NCBI GenBank assembly: GCA_051955835.1
Contig: JBQCGH010000120.1
Coordinates: 7,019 to 71,018, forward strand
Length of the DNA: 64,000 nucleotides
Source of the DNA: Gemmatimonadales bacterium
GTDB taxonomy: Bacteria; Gemmatimonadota; Gemmatimonadetes; Gemmatimonadales; GWC2-71-9
Reading direction: 5' to 3'
Of this stretch, positions 34,566-44,027 are shown piece after piece (the first letter of the stretch is position 1; every line of letters starts with the position of its first letter). Under the pieces are notes generated by a model. The model searched no databases. It was not told the DNA's origin and worked only from the letters and a program-made list of their open reading frames with translations. The translations under genes were made by a program, and so were the position numbers.

Positions 34566-34898
34566 GTGACGGCGCCGGACCGACCCGAGTGCTGGCAGGT
34601 CACCACCACCCTGCCCGACCGCCCCAGCGCCGACCGTATTGCCGCCGTGCTGGTCGAGGAGCGCTGGGCCGCCTGTGCCCAGGTCGTCGGGCCGATCGAG
34701 AGCACCTACCGCTGGCGCGGGGACGTGGCGCACGCGACCGAGTGGTACTGCCACCTCAAGACCTCTGCCGCGCGCGCGGCCGGGCTTCGCGACCGCCTCC
34801 GGGCGCTCCACCCCTACGAGATTCCCGAGATCATCGCCGTCCCGATCGTGGACGGCGACCCTGCCTACCTCCGCTGGGTGGAGGATTCGGTCGGCTAG
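34566..34898 (+). CDS. cutA: divalent-cation tolerance protein CutA
   Basis: 'CAQVVGPIESTYRWRGDV...LHPYEIPEII' is typical of CutA1. Confidence 0.85.
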   Translation: MTAPDRPECWQVTTTLPDRPSADRIAAVLVEERWAACAQVVGPIESTYRWRGDVAHATEWYCHLKTSAARAAGLRDRLRALHPYEIPEIIAVPIVDGDPAYLRWVEDSVG

Positions 34899-35920
34899 GC
34901 TCGGCTCGGCCGGACCTCGGCCAGCAGGGTCGCGATCGCGTCCAACGGCAGTACATGGCCCGCGCCGCCGCGCTGAATCGCCGCGCGCGGCATCCCATAT
35001 ACCACGCAGCTCGACTCGCTCTCGGCGATCGTGGTGCCGCCTCCGGCGCGAATCGCCGTCATCCCGTCCGCCCCATCTTCACCCATCCCCGTGAGCAGGA
35101 TGCCGAGCACCTTGCCGGGCCGAGCGCGCGCCGCCGAGCGCATCGTGACGTCGACGCTGGGGATGTGCTTGGCATCGGCCGGCTCGGGGGTGAGGATCGC
35201 CACCAGGTTGGGCGACACCCGGAGATGCGAGCCCGCCGGAGCGATCACCGCGGTGCCGGCCGCGAGGCGCATGCCGTCCTCGCCCTCAGCCACCTGCACG
35301 CGGCTGAGCGAGGCGAGCCGCTGCGCAAACGGCCGGGTGAATCCCGCCGGCATGTGCTGCACCACGACGACCGGCATCGGGAAGTGAGCGGGCAGCGTCT
35401 GGAGGATGCGTTGCACGGCGGCGGGGCCGCCGGTTGACGCGCCGATGACGCAGAGCTCGGCCCGCGAGAAATCCGGCCCGGGGGACGCCGGTCGGAGCCC
35501 GGCCGCGGGGTGCGTGGCGCGCTGCCCGGCCGGTGCGACAGCACGCATGCGGTCCACCACCTCGCGCCGGAGGTACTCGAGGTCCATCACATTGAAGGTG
35601 GTCTTGTCGATGAAGTCCACCGCGCCGGCGGCCAGCGCCGCGACGGTGGCCTCGGTGCCGTCACGGGTATGGGCCGAGATCATCAGCACCTTGAGTGACG
35701 GCTTCCATCGGAGCAGCGCGGGCAGCAGCTGCAACCCGTCCATCCCCGGCATCGCGACGTCGAGCGTGACGAGATCGGGGTCGGCCTCGGTGATTCGGGC
35801 GAGGGCCTCGCCGCCGCTCGCCGCCTCGCCGACGACCTGGAACTCGGGCTCGACCGCCAGCACGCGGGTGAGCGCGCGGCGAACGAAGGCCGAGTCGTCC
35901 ACGAGGAAGACGCGGATCAC
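34895..35920 (-). CDS. cheB: chemotaxis response regulator protein-glutamate methylesterase CheB
   Basis: The GTG at 35920 overlaps the cheR stop (GTGA). REC 'VFLVDDS...LDVAMPGMDG', then 'IGASTGGP', 'VVVQHMP' and 'GMGEDG'. Confidence 0.9.
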   Translation of the reverse strand: MIRVFLVDDSAFVRRALTRVLAVEPEFQVVGEAASGGEALARITEADPDLVTLDVAMPGMDGLQLLPALLRWKPSLKVLMISAHTRDGTEATVAALAAGAVDFIDKTTFNVMDLEYLRREVVDRMRAVAPAGQRATHPAAGLRPASPGPDFSRAELCVIGASTGGPAAVQRILQTLPAHFPMPVVVVQHMPAGFTRPFAQRLASLSRVQVAEGEDGMRLAAGTAVIAPAGSHLRVSPNLVAILTPEPADAKHIPSVDVTMRSAARARPGKVLGILLTGMGEDGADGMTAIRAGGGTTIAESESSCVVYGMPRAAIQRGGAGHVLPLDAIATLLAEVRPSRA

Positions 35921-36747
35921 GCGGCCGCCTTCCGGTAGACGACGGCGCCGCTTACCATCGCGGGTGCGAACGCGGTCTTGCGGTCGAGCAGGGACTCGGA
36001 GTGACCGAGGAACAGGTAGCCCCCGGGCAGCAGCGACCGGGCGAACAGCGCGATGAGGCTGGCGAACGCCTCCTCGCTCACATAAATGAGGAGGTTGCGG
36101 CAGAGAATGGCGTCGTACACCGACCAACCGAGACTGCCGTTCGGCGCGACCAGGTTGGCCTGAAAGCAGCGCACGCCCTGGCGGTACTTCTCACGGAGGC
36201 GGAAGCCGTCGGGCTCCTGGACGAAGTAGCGGCGGCGGGCGTCGGCGTCACAGGCTCGAAGCGAGCTTTCCGCGTACAGGGCGGCCTGCGCTCGGGCGAT
36301 GCGCTCGGGGTTGAGATCGCACGCGTCGATCTCCCAGGTGATGCCGGTCAGCGCGAGCCCCGCGTTGTGCAGCGCGATCGACAGCGAATACGGCTCCTCC
36401 CCCGAGGAACACCCGGCGGAGAGGATCCGGAGGGGCCGGCCGCGCAGCACACTGCGGCGCTGGGGAATGACATACTGGAGCAGCATGTCGAACTGGTGGG
36501 TCTCGCGAAAGAAGTAGGTCTCGTTGTTCGTGACCATGGCGGGCAGGCGCGCGAGCTCGCTGTCGCGCTCGGGGTGGAAGCGGAGATATTGGTAGTAGTC
36601 GCGGACGCTGGTGAGATGCAGCTCCCGGAGCCGCGGTCGGAGCTTGGACTCCAGGATCTCGAGCCGAATGCCCTGGAAGGTCAGGCCGAACCGCTCCTCG
36701 ATCAGATCGGTCAGGAGCTTGAGCTCGGCCTGCTCGAACCCGGTCAC
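35917..36747 (-). CDS. cheR: chemotaxis protein methyltransferase CheR
   Basis: 'NETYFFRE', 'RILSAGCSSGEEPYS', 'DAILCRNLLIY'. Confidence 0.9.
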   Translation of the reverse strand: MTGFEQAELKLLTDLIEERFGLTFQGIRLEILESKLRPRLRELHLTSVRDYYQYLRFHPERDSELARLPAMVTNNETYFFRETHQFDMLLQYVIPQRRSVLRGRPLRILSAGCSSGEEPYSLSIALHNAGLALTGITWEIDACDLNPERIARAQAALYAESSLRACDADARRRYFVQEPDGFRLREKYRQGVRCFQANLVAPNGSLGWSVYDAILCRNLLIYVSEEAFASLIALFARSLLPGGYLFLGHSESLLDRKTAFAPAMVSGAVVYRKAAA

Positions 36748-38723
36748 GCGGAGATCCGGACGGCCTCGGGCTGAAGCCGGTCGAGCGCGGCGCGGGCGGT
36801 GGCGGCCACCACCGGCTCCACATCGCGCGCGAGGGCCAGGAGGATATGGCGGGTGGCCGGCTTGGCGAGCCTGCCGAGGCCTCGGGCCGCTTCGTGCCGG
36901 ATGCCCCAGTCCGGATCATCCGCGAGCGAGAGAAGGAGCGGCAGCTCGCGTTCCCCCGCCACGTCCGCCAGGCCCTGGGCAGCCACCCGACGCATCTCGT
37001 CCTCGGCGTCCCCCAGACGCTCCTGCAGGAAATCCACCAGCCATGGCGGGGCGATGCGGACCAGCGCGGCCACGATCTGGAGCTGCTCGTGCGGCCCGCA
37101 CTCGCCGAAGATGCTTCGCAGCTGGGGGGCGGCGGCCGCCGCACGGCAGCGGCCGAGGGCGCGGATGATGTGGAAGCGAAGTGAGTCCGCGGTGCCGAGC
37201 ATGGCGACGAGCACCGCGACCGAGCGGTCGCCGCCGCGGGCCACCAGCAGATCCAGCGCGTCCACCTGGGTGGCCTGCTGCCGATCGGCGAGCGCCCGGA
37301 GCAGGAGGACGTCGGTTCTCGAGCCCGCGAGACCGGCCGCCGCCCGGAGGCCGGCGCGGCGCACCTCGGGTCGCCGGTCTTCGGCGAGCTTGAGAACCGC
37401 CGGCTCGAACGCGGGCATCGGGCGCTCGGCCAGCACCCGGAGGGCGAGCACCAGGACCGCTCCGTCCGTCTCGGGGCGAAGACAGCTCTCGAGCTCGTGC
37501 AAGGCATCCACCGACAGGCGGCCGCGCGCCTCTGCTGCCGCCGCCTGCTCGATCGGGGCGCCGCGCCGAAGCCGCTCAGCGAGGAGCGGCGCGGTGCTGT
37601 CGAGCTCGAGCCGTCCCAGCGCGTAGCATGCGGCCGCGCGCACCTGTGCGTGCGTGTCTTCGAGGTGCTCGAACAGCTCGCCGACCTCGTCCTCCTCGAA
37701 GCGCGCCGCCCGGAGGGCGCCGCAGCGGACGTGGGGGTCGGCGTGCCCCAGGAGCTGCGCGCGCCGCGCGAGCAGCCCCGCGGGGAAGCGCCGAAAGAGC
37801 CCCTCGATCCACCCGTTCTCGGGCTCTGTTGCAAGCCGGGCGAGCAACGCGGGCTCCAGCGGGTCGAGGCCGGCGGCCGCGACCAGCGTGGCGGCGGCCC
37901 GGCGGAGGCTGTCGCCGTCGCCTTCCCCGTCGGCCGCCGGCGCGGTCAGCACGCCAACCAGGTATTCGAGCACGTGCGCCGATCCGGTGAGCGCCGGCCC
38001 GGCCGCCTCGAGCAGCGGGGCGGGATCCGGGTGGAGGTCGATGATGACACCGATCGCCAGGAGCAGAGGGTCGCGAAGCGCGCGCTCGCGCACCGCCGGC
38101 ATCAGCGAGAGCAGGGTCTCGAGCGATTCTGGCGCCGCGATGCTCCGGAGCGCCTGCACGGCCGGCTCGGCGAGGACCGAGTCCGGCACCAGGGCCATGA
38201 GCGGCCCCACGGCCTCGGGCGCGCCGATGGCGCCGAGGGCGTTGATCGCGGCGAGCTGGAGCCACAGTTCCCCGTTGACCAGCTCGAGCAACGCCGGCAC
38301 CGCCTCGCGCGTGTGGAGCTGGCCGACGGCTTCGATCGCCGCCTGCGCCACGTTGGGATCGTGGTGGTGGAGCAGCGGCAGAATCGAGCGGCCGGCCGGC
38401 GCGTAGCCGACACGGGCCAGGCTCTGCAGGGCGAACATCACCAGCTCGGGATCGGGGTCGCCCAGCATCACGGTCAGGTGCGGCACCGCGTACGGCCCCT
38501 GCCGCTCCAGCGCGGTCAGCCCCGCGTTCCGGCGAACGGCGTTCTCGCCGTCGGCGACCATCGCGCCCAGCACCGCGGGCTCCACGTAGCGCGCCGCGAG
38601 CCGGATCGCGCGCTCCCGCACCTGGGGCGCCTCGTCCTCGAGCGCCAGCAGGATGAATCGTTCGCGGTCTGGTCCACCGGCCGCCGCGTCGAGGGCGGCG
38701 AGCCGTTCGGCCGGCGTGCTCAT
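36744..38723 (-). CDS. HEAT-repeat (PBS-lyase type) protein embedded in the che operon (Cpc7-like)
   Basis: 659 aa of iterated ~30-aa 'D.D..VR..A..ALG.....A...L' units, for example 'DPNVAQAAIEAVGQL', 'DPHVRCGALRAA', 'DWGIRHEAARGLGRL'. 4-nt overlap with cheR. Confidence 0.8.
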   Translation of the reverse strand: MSTPAERLAALDAAAGGPDRERFILLALEDEAPQVRERAIRLAARYVEPAVLGAMVADGENAVRRNAGLTALERQGPYAVPHLTVMLGDPDPELVMFALQSLARVGYAPAGRSILPLLHHHDPNVAQAAIEAVGQLHTREAVPALLELVNGELWLQLAAINALGAIGAPEAVGPLMALVPDSVLAEPAVQALRSIAAPESLETLLSLMPAVRERALRDPLLLAIGVIIDLHPDPAPLLEAAGPALTGSAHVLEYLVGVLTAPAADGEGDGDSLRRAAATLVAAAGLDPLEPALLARLATEPENGWIEGLFRRFPAGLLARRAQLLGHADPHVRCGALRAARFEEDEVGELFEHLEDTHAQVRAAACYALGRLELDSTAPLLAERLRRGAPIEQAAAAEARGRLSVDALHELESCLRPETDGAVLVLALRVLAERPMPAFEPAVLKLAEDRRPEVRRAGLRAAAGLAGSRTDVLLLRALADRQQATQVDALDLLVARGGDRSVAVLVAMLGTADSLRFHIIRALGRCRAAAAAPQLRSIFGECGPHEQLQIVAALVRIAPPWLVDFLQERLGDAEDEMRRVAAQGLADVAGERELPLLLSLADDPDWGIRHEAARGLGRLAKPATRHILLALARDVEPVVAATARAALDRLQPEAVRISA

Positions 38724-38730
38724 CGGCGCC

Positions 38731-40206
38731 TCACACCTGGAAGATCGCGACGCGCTGGCGGAGCGCGTCCGATTCGCCGGCGAGGCTCTTGGCCGCACCG
38801 GTCATCTGCTCGACGGCGACGAGGTTCTGCCGGGAAACCACCGCGATCGCCTCGACCGCCTTGACGACCATCTCACCCCCGCGCCGCTGCTCCGCCACCG
38901 CCTCCGACATCTGGTGGGTCAATTGATTCATCTTCTGCGCCGCGGCGTTGATCTCCTGCGCGCCTGCCGCATTCTCGGTGATCGCGCCCGCGATGTGCCG
39001 TGCCAGCGTCGCCATCTCGCTCACCGTGCCGAGGACCGTGCGGGCGTCGGCCGCTTGCGCGTCGGCCGCGCGGGCGGCGTCGGCCACGAGTTGCGAGGTG
39101 GTGCCGATCGACTCTACGATCCCCGCGAGCACCTGGCCCATGAGTCCCACCGCGTGATGAGTGTCCTTCTGGACCGTCTCGATGACGCTACCGATCTCCT
39201 GCGTCGCCTGCACGGAGCGCTCGGCCAGCCGGCGGACCTCGTCGGCCACCACGGCGAACCCCTTGCCCGCCTCGCCGGCCCGGGCTGCTTCGATCGCGGC
39301 GTTGAGCGCCAGGAGGTTGGTCTGGTCGGCAATGCCCTCGATGACCTTCACGATCTTCCCGATCTCGTCCGACCGCTCGCCGATGGAGCCAATGGCCTCC
39401 TGCAGCCGCTCGCCGTCGCGGCGGACGTCGGACGCCGTCTGCTGACTCACCCGATCGACTTGGTGCACTCGCCCGGCGATGGCGCCGACGTTCTCGATCA
39501 TCGTGGTGAGCGTGCCCGTGGCCCGCTCGACCGCGCCGAGGAGGATCTCGCCGTTCTGGGCGGTCTGCGCCAGCGTGGCGCTCATCTGCTGGATCGAGGC
39601 CGAGGTCTGGTCCACGTTGGCGGCGAGCGCCTCCGCGCTTCGCGCGAGGTGCTGCATCTGCGACGCGATCTCGACCATCGTGGAGCTGGTCTCCTCGGTC
39701 GAGCTGCTCTGCATCTCGGCCCCTTTGGCCATCTGGGTCGAGTTGGCCGAGATCTCCTCCGCGGAGGTGGCGACGGTGCGTGACGAGACCGCGATCTGGG
39801 TCGCGATCTCGCGCAGGTTCTTCACCATCTGGCGCATCGAGTGCTCGAGCCAGCCGATCTCGTCGCGCGAGCGGCTTCGGATATCGGCGGTGAGATCGCC
39901 TTTCGAGACCTGTTCGGCCAGGACGCCGAGGGTGGTGAGCGGGTCGGCGATGAGCCGGCTCAGCGCGAGGGCGAGACCGACCCCGAGGGCGATCGTCACC
40001 ACCAGGAGCATGAGGATGGCGGTGCGGGAATCGTCGACGATCCGGTCGGCACCCACGTAATCGCCCGAGGTCAGCCGCGTCATCTGGCCGAGCGCGTGCA
40101 GGGCGCGCCACCCGAGCAGCGCGGTGAGCGCGAGCACGACGCCGAATCCGGTGAGGATTTTCCGTCGAATCGTCCAGTCCTTGACCACCTGCGTGAAGCT
40201 GGGCAT
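38731..40206 (-). CDS. methyl-accepting chemotaxis protein (very short periplasmic loop, HAMP, MA domain)
   Basis: Two TM segments separated by about 35 aa. HAMP '[13 protein letters not shown]'. Highly conserved hairpin '[40 protein letters not shown]'. Confidence 0.9.
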   Translation of the reverse strand: MPSFTQVVKDWTIRRKILTGFGVVLALTALLGWRALHALGQMTRLTSGDYVGADRIVDDSRTAILMLLVVTIALGVGLALALSRLIADPLTTLGVLAEQVSKGDLTADIRSRSRDEIGWLEHSMRQMVKNLREIATQIAVSSRTVATSAEEISANSTQMAKGAEMQSSSTEETSSTMVEIASQMQHLARSAEALAANVDQTSASIQQMSATLAQTAQNGEILLGAVERATGTLTTMIENVGAIAGRVHQVDRVSQQTASDVRRDGERLQEAIGSIGERSDEIGKIVKVIEGIADQTNLLALNAAIEAARAGEAGKGFAVVADEVRRLAERSVQATQEIGSVIETVQKDTHHAVGLMGQVLAGIVESIGTTSQLVADAARAADAQAADARTVLGTVSEMATLARHIAGAITENAAGAQEINAAAQKMNQLTHQMSEAVAEQRRGGEMVVKAVEAIAVVSRQNLVAVEQMTGAAKSLAGESDALRQRVAIFQV

Positions 40207-40226
40207 CGGTCCACCCGTGGTGAGAG

Positions 40227-40742
40227 CTACTCGGTCGGCGTGAGTGCCTTCTCGAGATCGAGGAGAATGATCAGCCGGGACTGCCACCGGGCGACCCCGG
40301 TCAGGTAGTCGGCTTCGATGGTCCGCACATCCTCCGGAGCCGGCACCACGCTCGCCTCCGGAACCTTGGTCACCTGCGACACGGCGTCGACCAGGAGACC
40401 GAGCACGCGCCCACGGAGATCGACCACCACGATGCGCGAGCGTGGCGTCGGCTCCACCTCGGGCAGGCCGAGACGCGAGCGCAAGTCGACGACAGCGAGG
40501 ATCCGTCCGCGCAGGTTGGCGACGCCTCGCACATGCGCCGGCGCATGCGGCACCCGGGTGATGTCGGCGACGCGAATGACCTCGCGCACCTGCGTCACCG
40601 GAATGCCGAACTCCTCCCGCCCCAAGCCGAAGGTCAGCAGGTGCAGCTCGGGGCCGGGCGCGGACCCTGCCTCGGCCGGACGGTCCTCCACGGCGTCGGC
40701 AAAACCGAGCAGCGCGTTTCGCGCGGATGTGTCAGCCGGCAC
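40227..40742 (-). CDS. cheW: chemotaxis coupling protein CheW
   Basis: '[21 protein letters not shown]...[17 protein letters not shown]'. The GTG at 40742 overlaps the cheA 3' end. Confidence 0.85.
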   Translation of the reverse strand: MPADTSARNALLGFADAVEDRPAEAGSAPGPELHLLTFGLGREEFGIPVTQVREVIRVADITRVPHAPAHVRGVANLRGRILAVVDLRSRLGLPEVEPTPRSRIVVVDLRGRVLGLLVDAVSQVTKVPEASVVPAPEDVRTIEADYLTGVARWQSRLIILLDLEKALTPTE

Positions 40743-42396
40743 GTCGGCCTCCTTCGAGAATGCGCACCGCGTCGAGGATGCAGGCGACACGGCCGTCGCC
40801 CAGAATCGTCGTGCCCGACACCACGTCGGGCCGGCCCAGGGCTGCGTCCAGGCCCTTCACCACCACGTCCTGGTGGCCCACGAGGCGGTCTACCAGCAGC
40901 CCGCGGCGCTTGCCGCCGGCGGACATCACCACGTAGTAGCGCCGGGGCTCGGAGCGACCGCGCGTCGTGCCCAGCAGCGCGCCGCCATCGGCGACATGAA
41001 TCAGTCCGCCCCGCCACTGCGCGACACCGCGGTGGTTGATCTCACGGATCGCCTGGGCCTCGACGCGGACGGTTTCGGCGACGTGCGCGAGCGGCAGCGC
41101 ATAGCGCTCGCGGTCGATCTCGACGATGAGCGAGCGGACGATCGCGAGGGTCACCGGCAGACTCAGCGTGAACGCGGTTCCCTGCCCCGGCACCGTCGCG
41201 ACGTCGATGGTGCCGCCGAGCGCGTGGATTGCCCCGGCCACCACGTCCAGTCCGACCCCGCGTCCCGCCAATGTCGACACCCGCTCCGCCGTCGAGAGGC
41301 CGGGCAGGAAAATCAGGGCGCGGAGCGGCACGGTTTCGCCGTCCCTGAGGTCCTGACCCAGCGCCTCCGCCTTCTTGCGGATGGCCTGCTCGTTGAGTCC
41401 GCGACCGTCGTCCGTCACCCGGATGACGACGCGGCCCGCCTGCGGCGCCGCCTCGAGCCTGACCGTGCCTTCGTCCGGTTTCCCGGCCCGCCGGCGAGCG
41501 TCGCTGTCCTCGATGCCGTGCACGATGGCGTTGGTCATCAGGTGGAGCAGCGGCTCGCTGAGCCGGTCGAGGACGGCCTTGTCGAGCGGGGTCTCCCCGC
41601 CCGCCGTCAGCAATCGGACCCGCTTTCCCACGGCCTCCGCGGTATCCCGCGCCATGCGCCCGAACCGGGCGAACACGGTCGAGATCGGGAGCAGGCGCGT
41701 CTCCATCAGCGTCGACTCGAGACGCTTGAGCGTCTTCTCCAGGGCCACCACCGTCTGGTCGAGCCGCGCCAGCTCAGCCGTCCCGCCGGCGCCAGGCGCG
41801 AGCGCGCGATACGCCTCGGCGAGCGCGGCATGCTGGATGAGTCCTTCGCCGAGCACCTCGAGCATGGCGTCCAGCCGCCGAAAGTCGACTCGCACCACGT
41901 TGGCGGCCTTGTCGCCATCACCGCCCGCTGTTTCCGCGCCACGCCGCTCAGTGCGACGACGCTCGGGCTGCGTATCCGCCGCGGGTTCGCCGTCGGCGCC
42001 GACCCACTGCCGCACCCGCTCGACGAATCGCGCCGACGGCGCTGGGTCGAGGTCAGGCGAGGCGTGACGGACGAGGTCCACGAGCAGGCTGCCGCCCGCC
42101 ACCAGCAGCGCGGCCGCGGCCGGATTGCGCCGCTCGGGCCGCTGGCGCAGCGCCCCGCACGCATCCTCGAGCGCGTGGGCCGTTTCCCGGGTGGGGCCAA
42201 GGCCCATCATCGCCGAGTTGCCCTTCACGGTGTGCAGCGTGCCCGCCAGCGCGTTCAGGATCTCGTCGCCCGGGTCGCCATCGCGCCAGCGCCGCTCCAG
42301 CTCGACGAAGGCGTCGGCGACGTGTTCGGCCAAAGGCAAGCACTCGAGGACGTAGTCCTGCAGCAGCTCCCCGAAGGGGTTCTCCGACTCGCCCAC
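40732..42396 (-). CDS. cheA: chemotaxis histidine kinase CheA
   Basis: HPt 'LHTVKGNSAMMG', HATPase 'HLMTNAIVHGIE' and 'DDGRGL', C-terminal CheW-like domain. GTG at 42396 lies 1 nt after the cheY stop. Confidence 0.9.
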   Translation of the reverse strand: MGESENPFGELLQDYVLECLPLAEHVADAFVELERRWRDGDPGDEILNALAGTLHTVKGNSAMMGLGPTRETAHALEDACGALRQRPERRNPAAAALLVAGGSLLVDLVRHASPDLDPAPSARFVERVRQWVGADGEPAADTQPERRRTERRGAETAGGDGDKAANVVRVDFRRLDAMLEVLGEGLIQHAALAEAYRALAPGAGGTAELARLDQTVVALEKTLKRLESTLMETRLLPISTVFARFGRMARDTAEAVGKRVRLLTAGGETPLDKAVLDRLSEPLLHLMTNAIVHGIEDSDARRRAGKPDEGTVRLEAAPQAGRVVIRVTDDGRGLNEQAIRKKAEALGQDLRDGETVPLRALIFLPGLSTAERVSTLAGRGVGLDVVAGAIHALGGTIDVATVPGQGTAFTLSLPVTLAIVRSLIVEIDRERYALPLAHVAETVRVEAQAIREINHRGVAQWRGGLIHVADGGALLGTTRGRSEPRRYYVVMSAGGKRRGLLVDRLVGHQDVVVKGLDAALGRPDVVSGTTILGDGRVACILDAVRILEGGRRAG

Positions 42397-42397
42397 G

Positions 42398-42793
42398 TCA
42401 GGACGTCGCCGCGGCCTCCGCCAGCGCCCGCTGCACCAGGCGCTCGACGTCGGCGGGCTGAAAGGGCTTGCGCAGATACTCCCACGCACCCGCGGCGCGG
42501 CCGCGCGCCTCGTCTTCGGCGGTCCCCTCAGTCGTCACCAGCACCACGGGCACCTGCGGGTGCAGGGCCTCGGCCCGGCGGCGCTCGAGCACCTCGAGCC
42601 CGTTCATCTCCGGCATGTTGAGGTCCAGCAGCACCATGGTGAGCTCGGGGTGCGCCGCGAAGAGACCGTAGCCTTCACGACCGTTGGTTGCGAAGTAGAC
42701 CGTGCTCCCCGCCAGCGCGCCCCGCGAGAAGATGAGGCGGTACATCTGGTGGTGGAGCTTCGAGTCGTCGACCACGAGAAAGGAGTGTGGCAT
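42398..42793 (-). CDS. cheY: CheY-like single-domain response regulator
   Basis: 'FLVVDDS...VLLDLNMPEMNG...EYLRKPF'. Confidence 0.85.
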   Translation of the reverse strand: MPHSFLVVDDSKLHHQMYRLIFSRGALAGSTVYFATNGREGYGLFAAHPELTMVLLDLNMPEMNGLEVLERRRAEALHPQVPVVLVTTEGTAEDEARGRAAGAWEYLRKPFQPADVERLVQRALAEAAATS

Positions 42794-42796
42794 GCG

Positions 42797-43177
42797 TCAT
42801 CCGGTCGGAGAGTCCAGCACCCGCTGCACCAGCGTCCGAAGCGATTGAGGGGTCCACGGCTTTTTCGCCACGCCGGCGACACCGAGCGCGGTCGCTTCGC
42901 GCATCAAGTCGGAATCGTCGGCCTCGGCGGTCGTGAGCACCATCGGCGTGCGCCCATGTATCGGCAGTCGGCGCAGCGCCCGGATGAACTCGGGCCCGTT
43001 CATGTCGGGCATGCTCAGGTCGAGCAGCACCGCGTCAAACGGGGCGGCGCTCCCGCGCAGCAACTCCATGGCATGCCGGCCACTTTCCGCCTGCTCCAGA
43101 TGGTGGTGCGCGTTGGGGAAAGCCAAGCCAAACATCTTCCGCAGCAGGGGTGAATCCTCGACGACGAGTAGCCGCAT
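42797..43177 (-). CDS. second CheY-like single-domain response regulator (first gene of the che operon)
   Basis: 'LLVVEDS...VLLDLSMPDMNG...GVAKKPW'. ATG at 43177. Confidence 0.8.
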   Translation of the reverse strand: MRLLVVEDSPLLRKMFGLAFPNAHHHLEQAESGRHAMELLRGSAAPFDAVLLDLSMPDMNGPEFIRALRRLPIHGRTPMVLTTAEADDSDLMREATALGVAGVAKKPWTPQSLRTLVQRVLDSPTG

Positions 43178-43393
43178 CGGTCTCGCTGATCCGCAAAGCC
43201 TGCGATGTCGGGGGCACACGCGGACGTGCAAGAGACAGACCCAGCCGTACGAAAGGCCGTAAGTCGCTTTATGCCAATTGGATGGGTAATCGGGACCAGC
43301 CGGCCGTGTCTCCGCCGCCTGGGCCGTAATTCAAGTCACGCGGGAGAACTGCAATTCCTGGTGGAAGGGGAGACCGTCAAGCAGGTGCGCAGG

Positions 43394-43654
43394 TCATCGG
43401 ACTTGGCGGGGAGACTGCAGCCTCACGCCCAACGCTGCCAGGCGGGTGCGAACGATCGCTCGCAGTCGAACGGGGGCCTGACACGGCGCCTCCAAACTAC
43501 GGACGAGGACCAGAAGAAACGCGCGATCGCATCGATAGCGGGGCCGGCAATGGCCGCAGCCTTCGAGATGGCGCGCCACGGCCCGGGCCTCTTTCGCAGT
43601 TAGCTCGTCGTCCAGATATTCCCACAGCCGCTCGGCGACTTCGGGACACTCCAT
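43394..43654 (-). CDS. RsrA-type zinc-binding anti-sigma factor (ZAS), with no adjacent sigma gene
   Basis: MECPEVAERLWEYLDDELTAKEARAVARHLEGCGHC shows Cys3-x25-His29-x3-Cys33-x2-Cys36, the same spacing as the RsrA ZAS motif. Confidence 0.65.
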   Translation of the reverse strand: MECPEVAERLWEYLDDELTAKEARAVARHLEGCGHCRPRYRCDRAFLLVLVRSLEAPCQAPVRLRAIVRTRLAALGVRLQSPRQVR

Positions 43655-43738
43655 TTCGCACGCCTCCCTTCGCGCGCCGGCGGTCACGCCCTGCGTTTGC
43701 CCTGCTGAACAGCGCACCGCTTCCGGAGGTTCCTCGTC

Positions 43739-44011
43739 ATGACCGCTCGGGGACGAACCCTCACCTTGCTCGTCGTGCTGGGCTTCGTGGCCTTCCTGCT
43801 GTGGTCCACCCTCGCGAGCCAGCGAGCCGAGTGCAGCGTCGAGGTCTCGTTCAAGGGCCAGACGGGCTCCGCGACCGCCTCGGCCGGCTCAGAGGGTGAC
43901 GCCTTGCGCGAGGCCATGACCGCGGCCTGCGGCCCGCTCACCAGCTCGATGAACGATCGGATCGCCTGCGCCGGCACGGCGCCGGTCACTCGCCACTGTC
44001 GTTCACTCTGA
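43739..44011 (+). CDS. hypothetical membrane-anchored or secreted 4-Cys protein
   Basis: N-terminal TM or signal segment 'LTLLVVLGFVAFLLWSTLA' and four cysteines. No family recognised. Confidence 0.45.
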   Translation: MTARGRTLTLLVVLGFVAFLLWSTLASQRAECSVEVSFKGQTGSATASAGSEGDALREAMTAACGPLTSSMNDRIACAGTAPVTRHCRSL

Positions 44012-44027
44012 ACGGCGGGCGCCCGGC

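Noticed and set aside
40318-42621. A 767-aa plus-strand ORF antisense to cheA and cheW. There are similar long antisense ORFs over the HEAT gene, the sigma-54 activator, pruA and the MFS pump (for example 36248-37834, 23644-25281, 31513-33393, 20438-22585).
   Set aside because: All are Arg/Pro/Gly/Ala-rich without family motifs. They overlap genes that have clear signatures on the other strand or in another frame.
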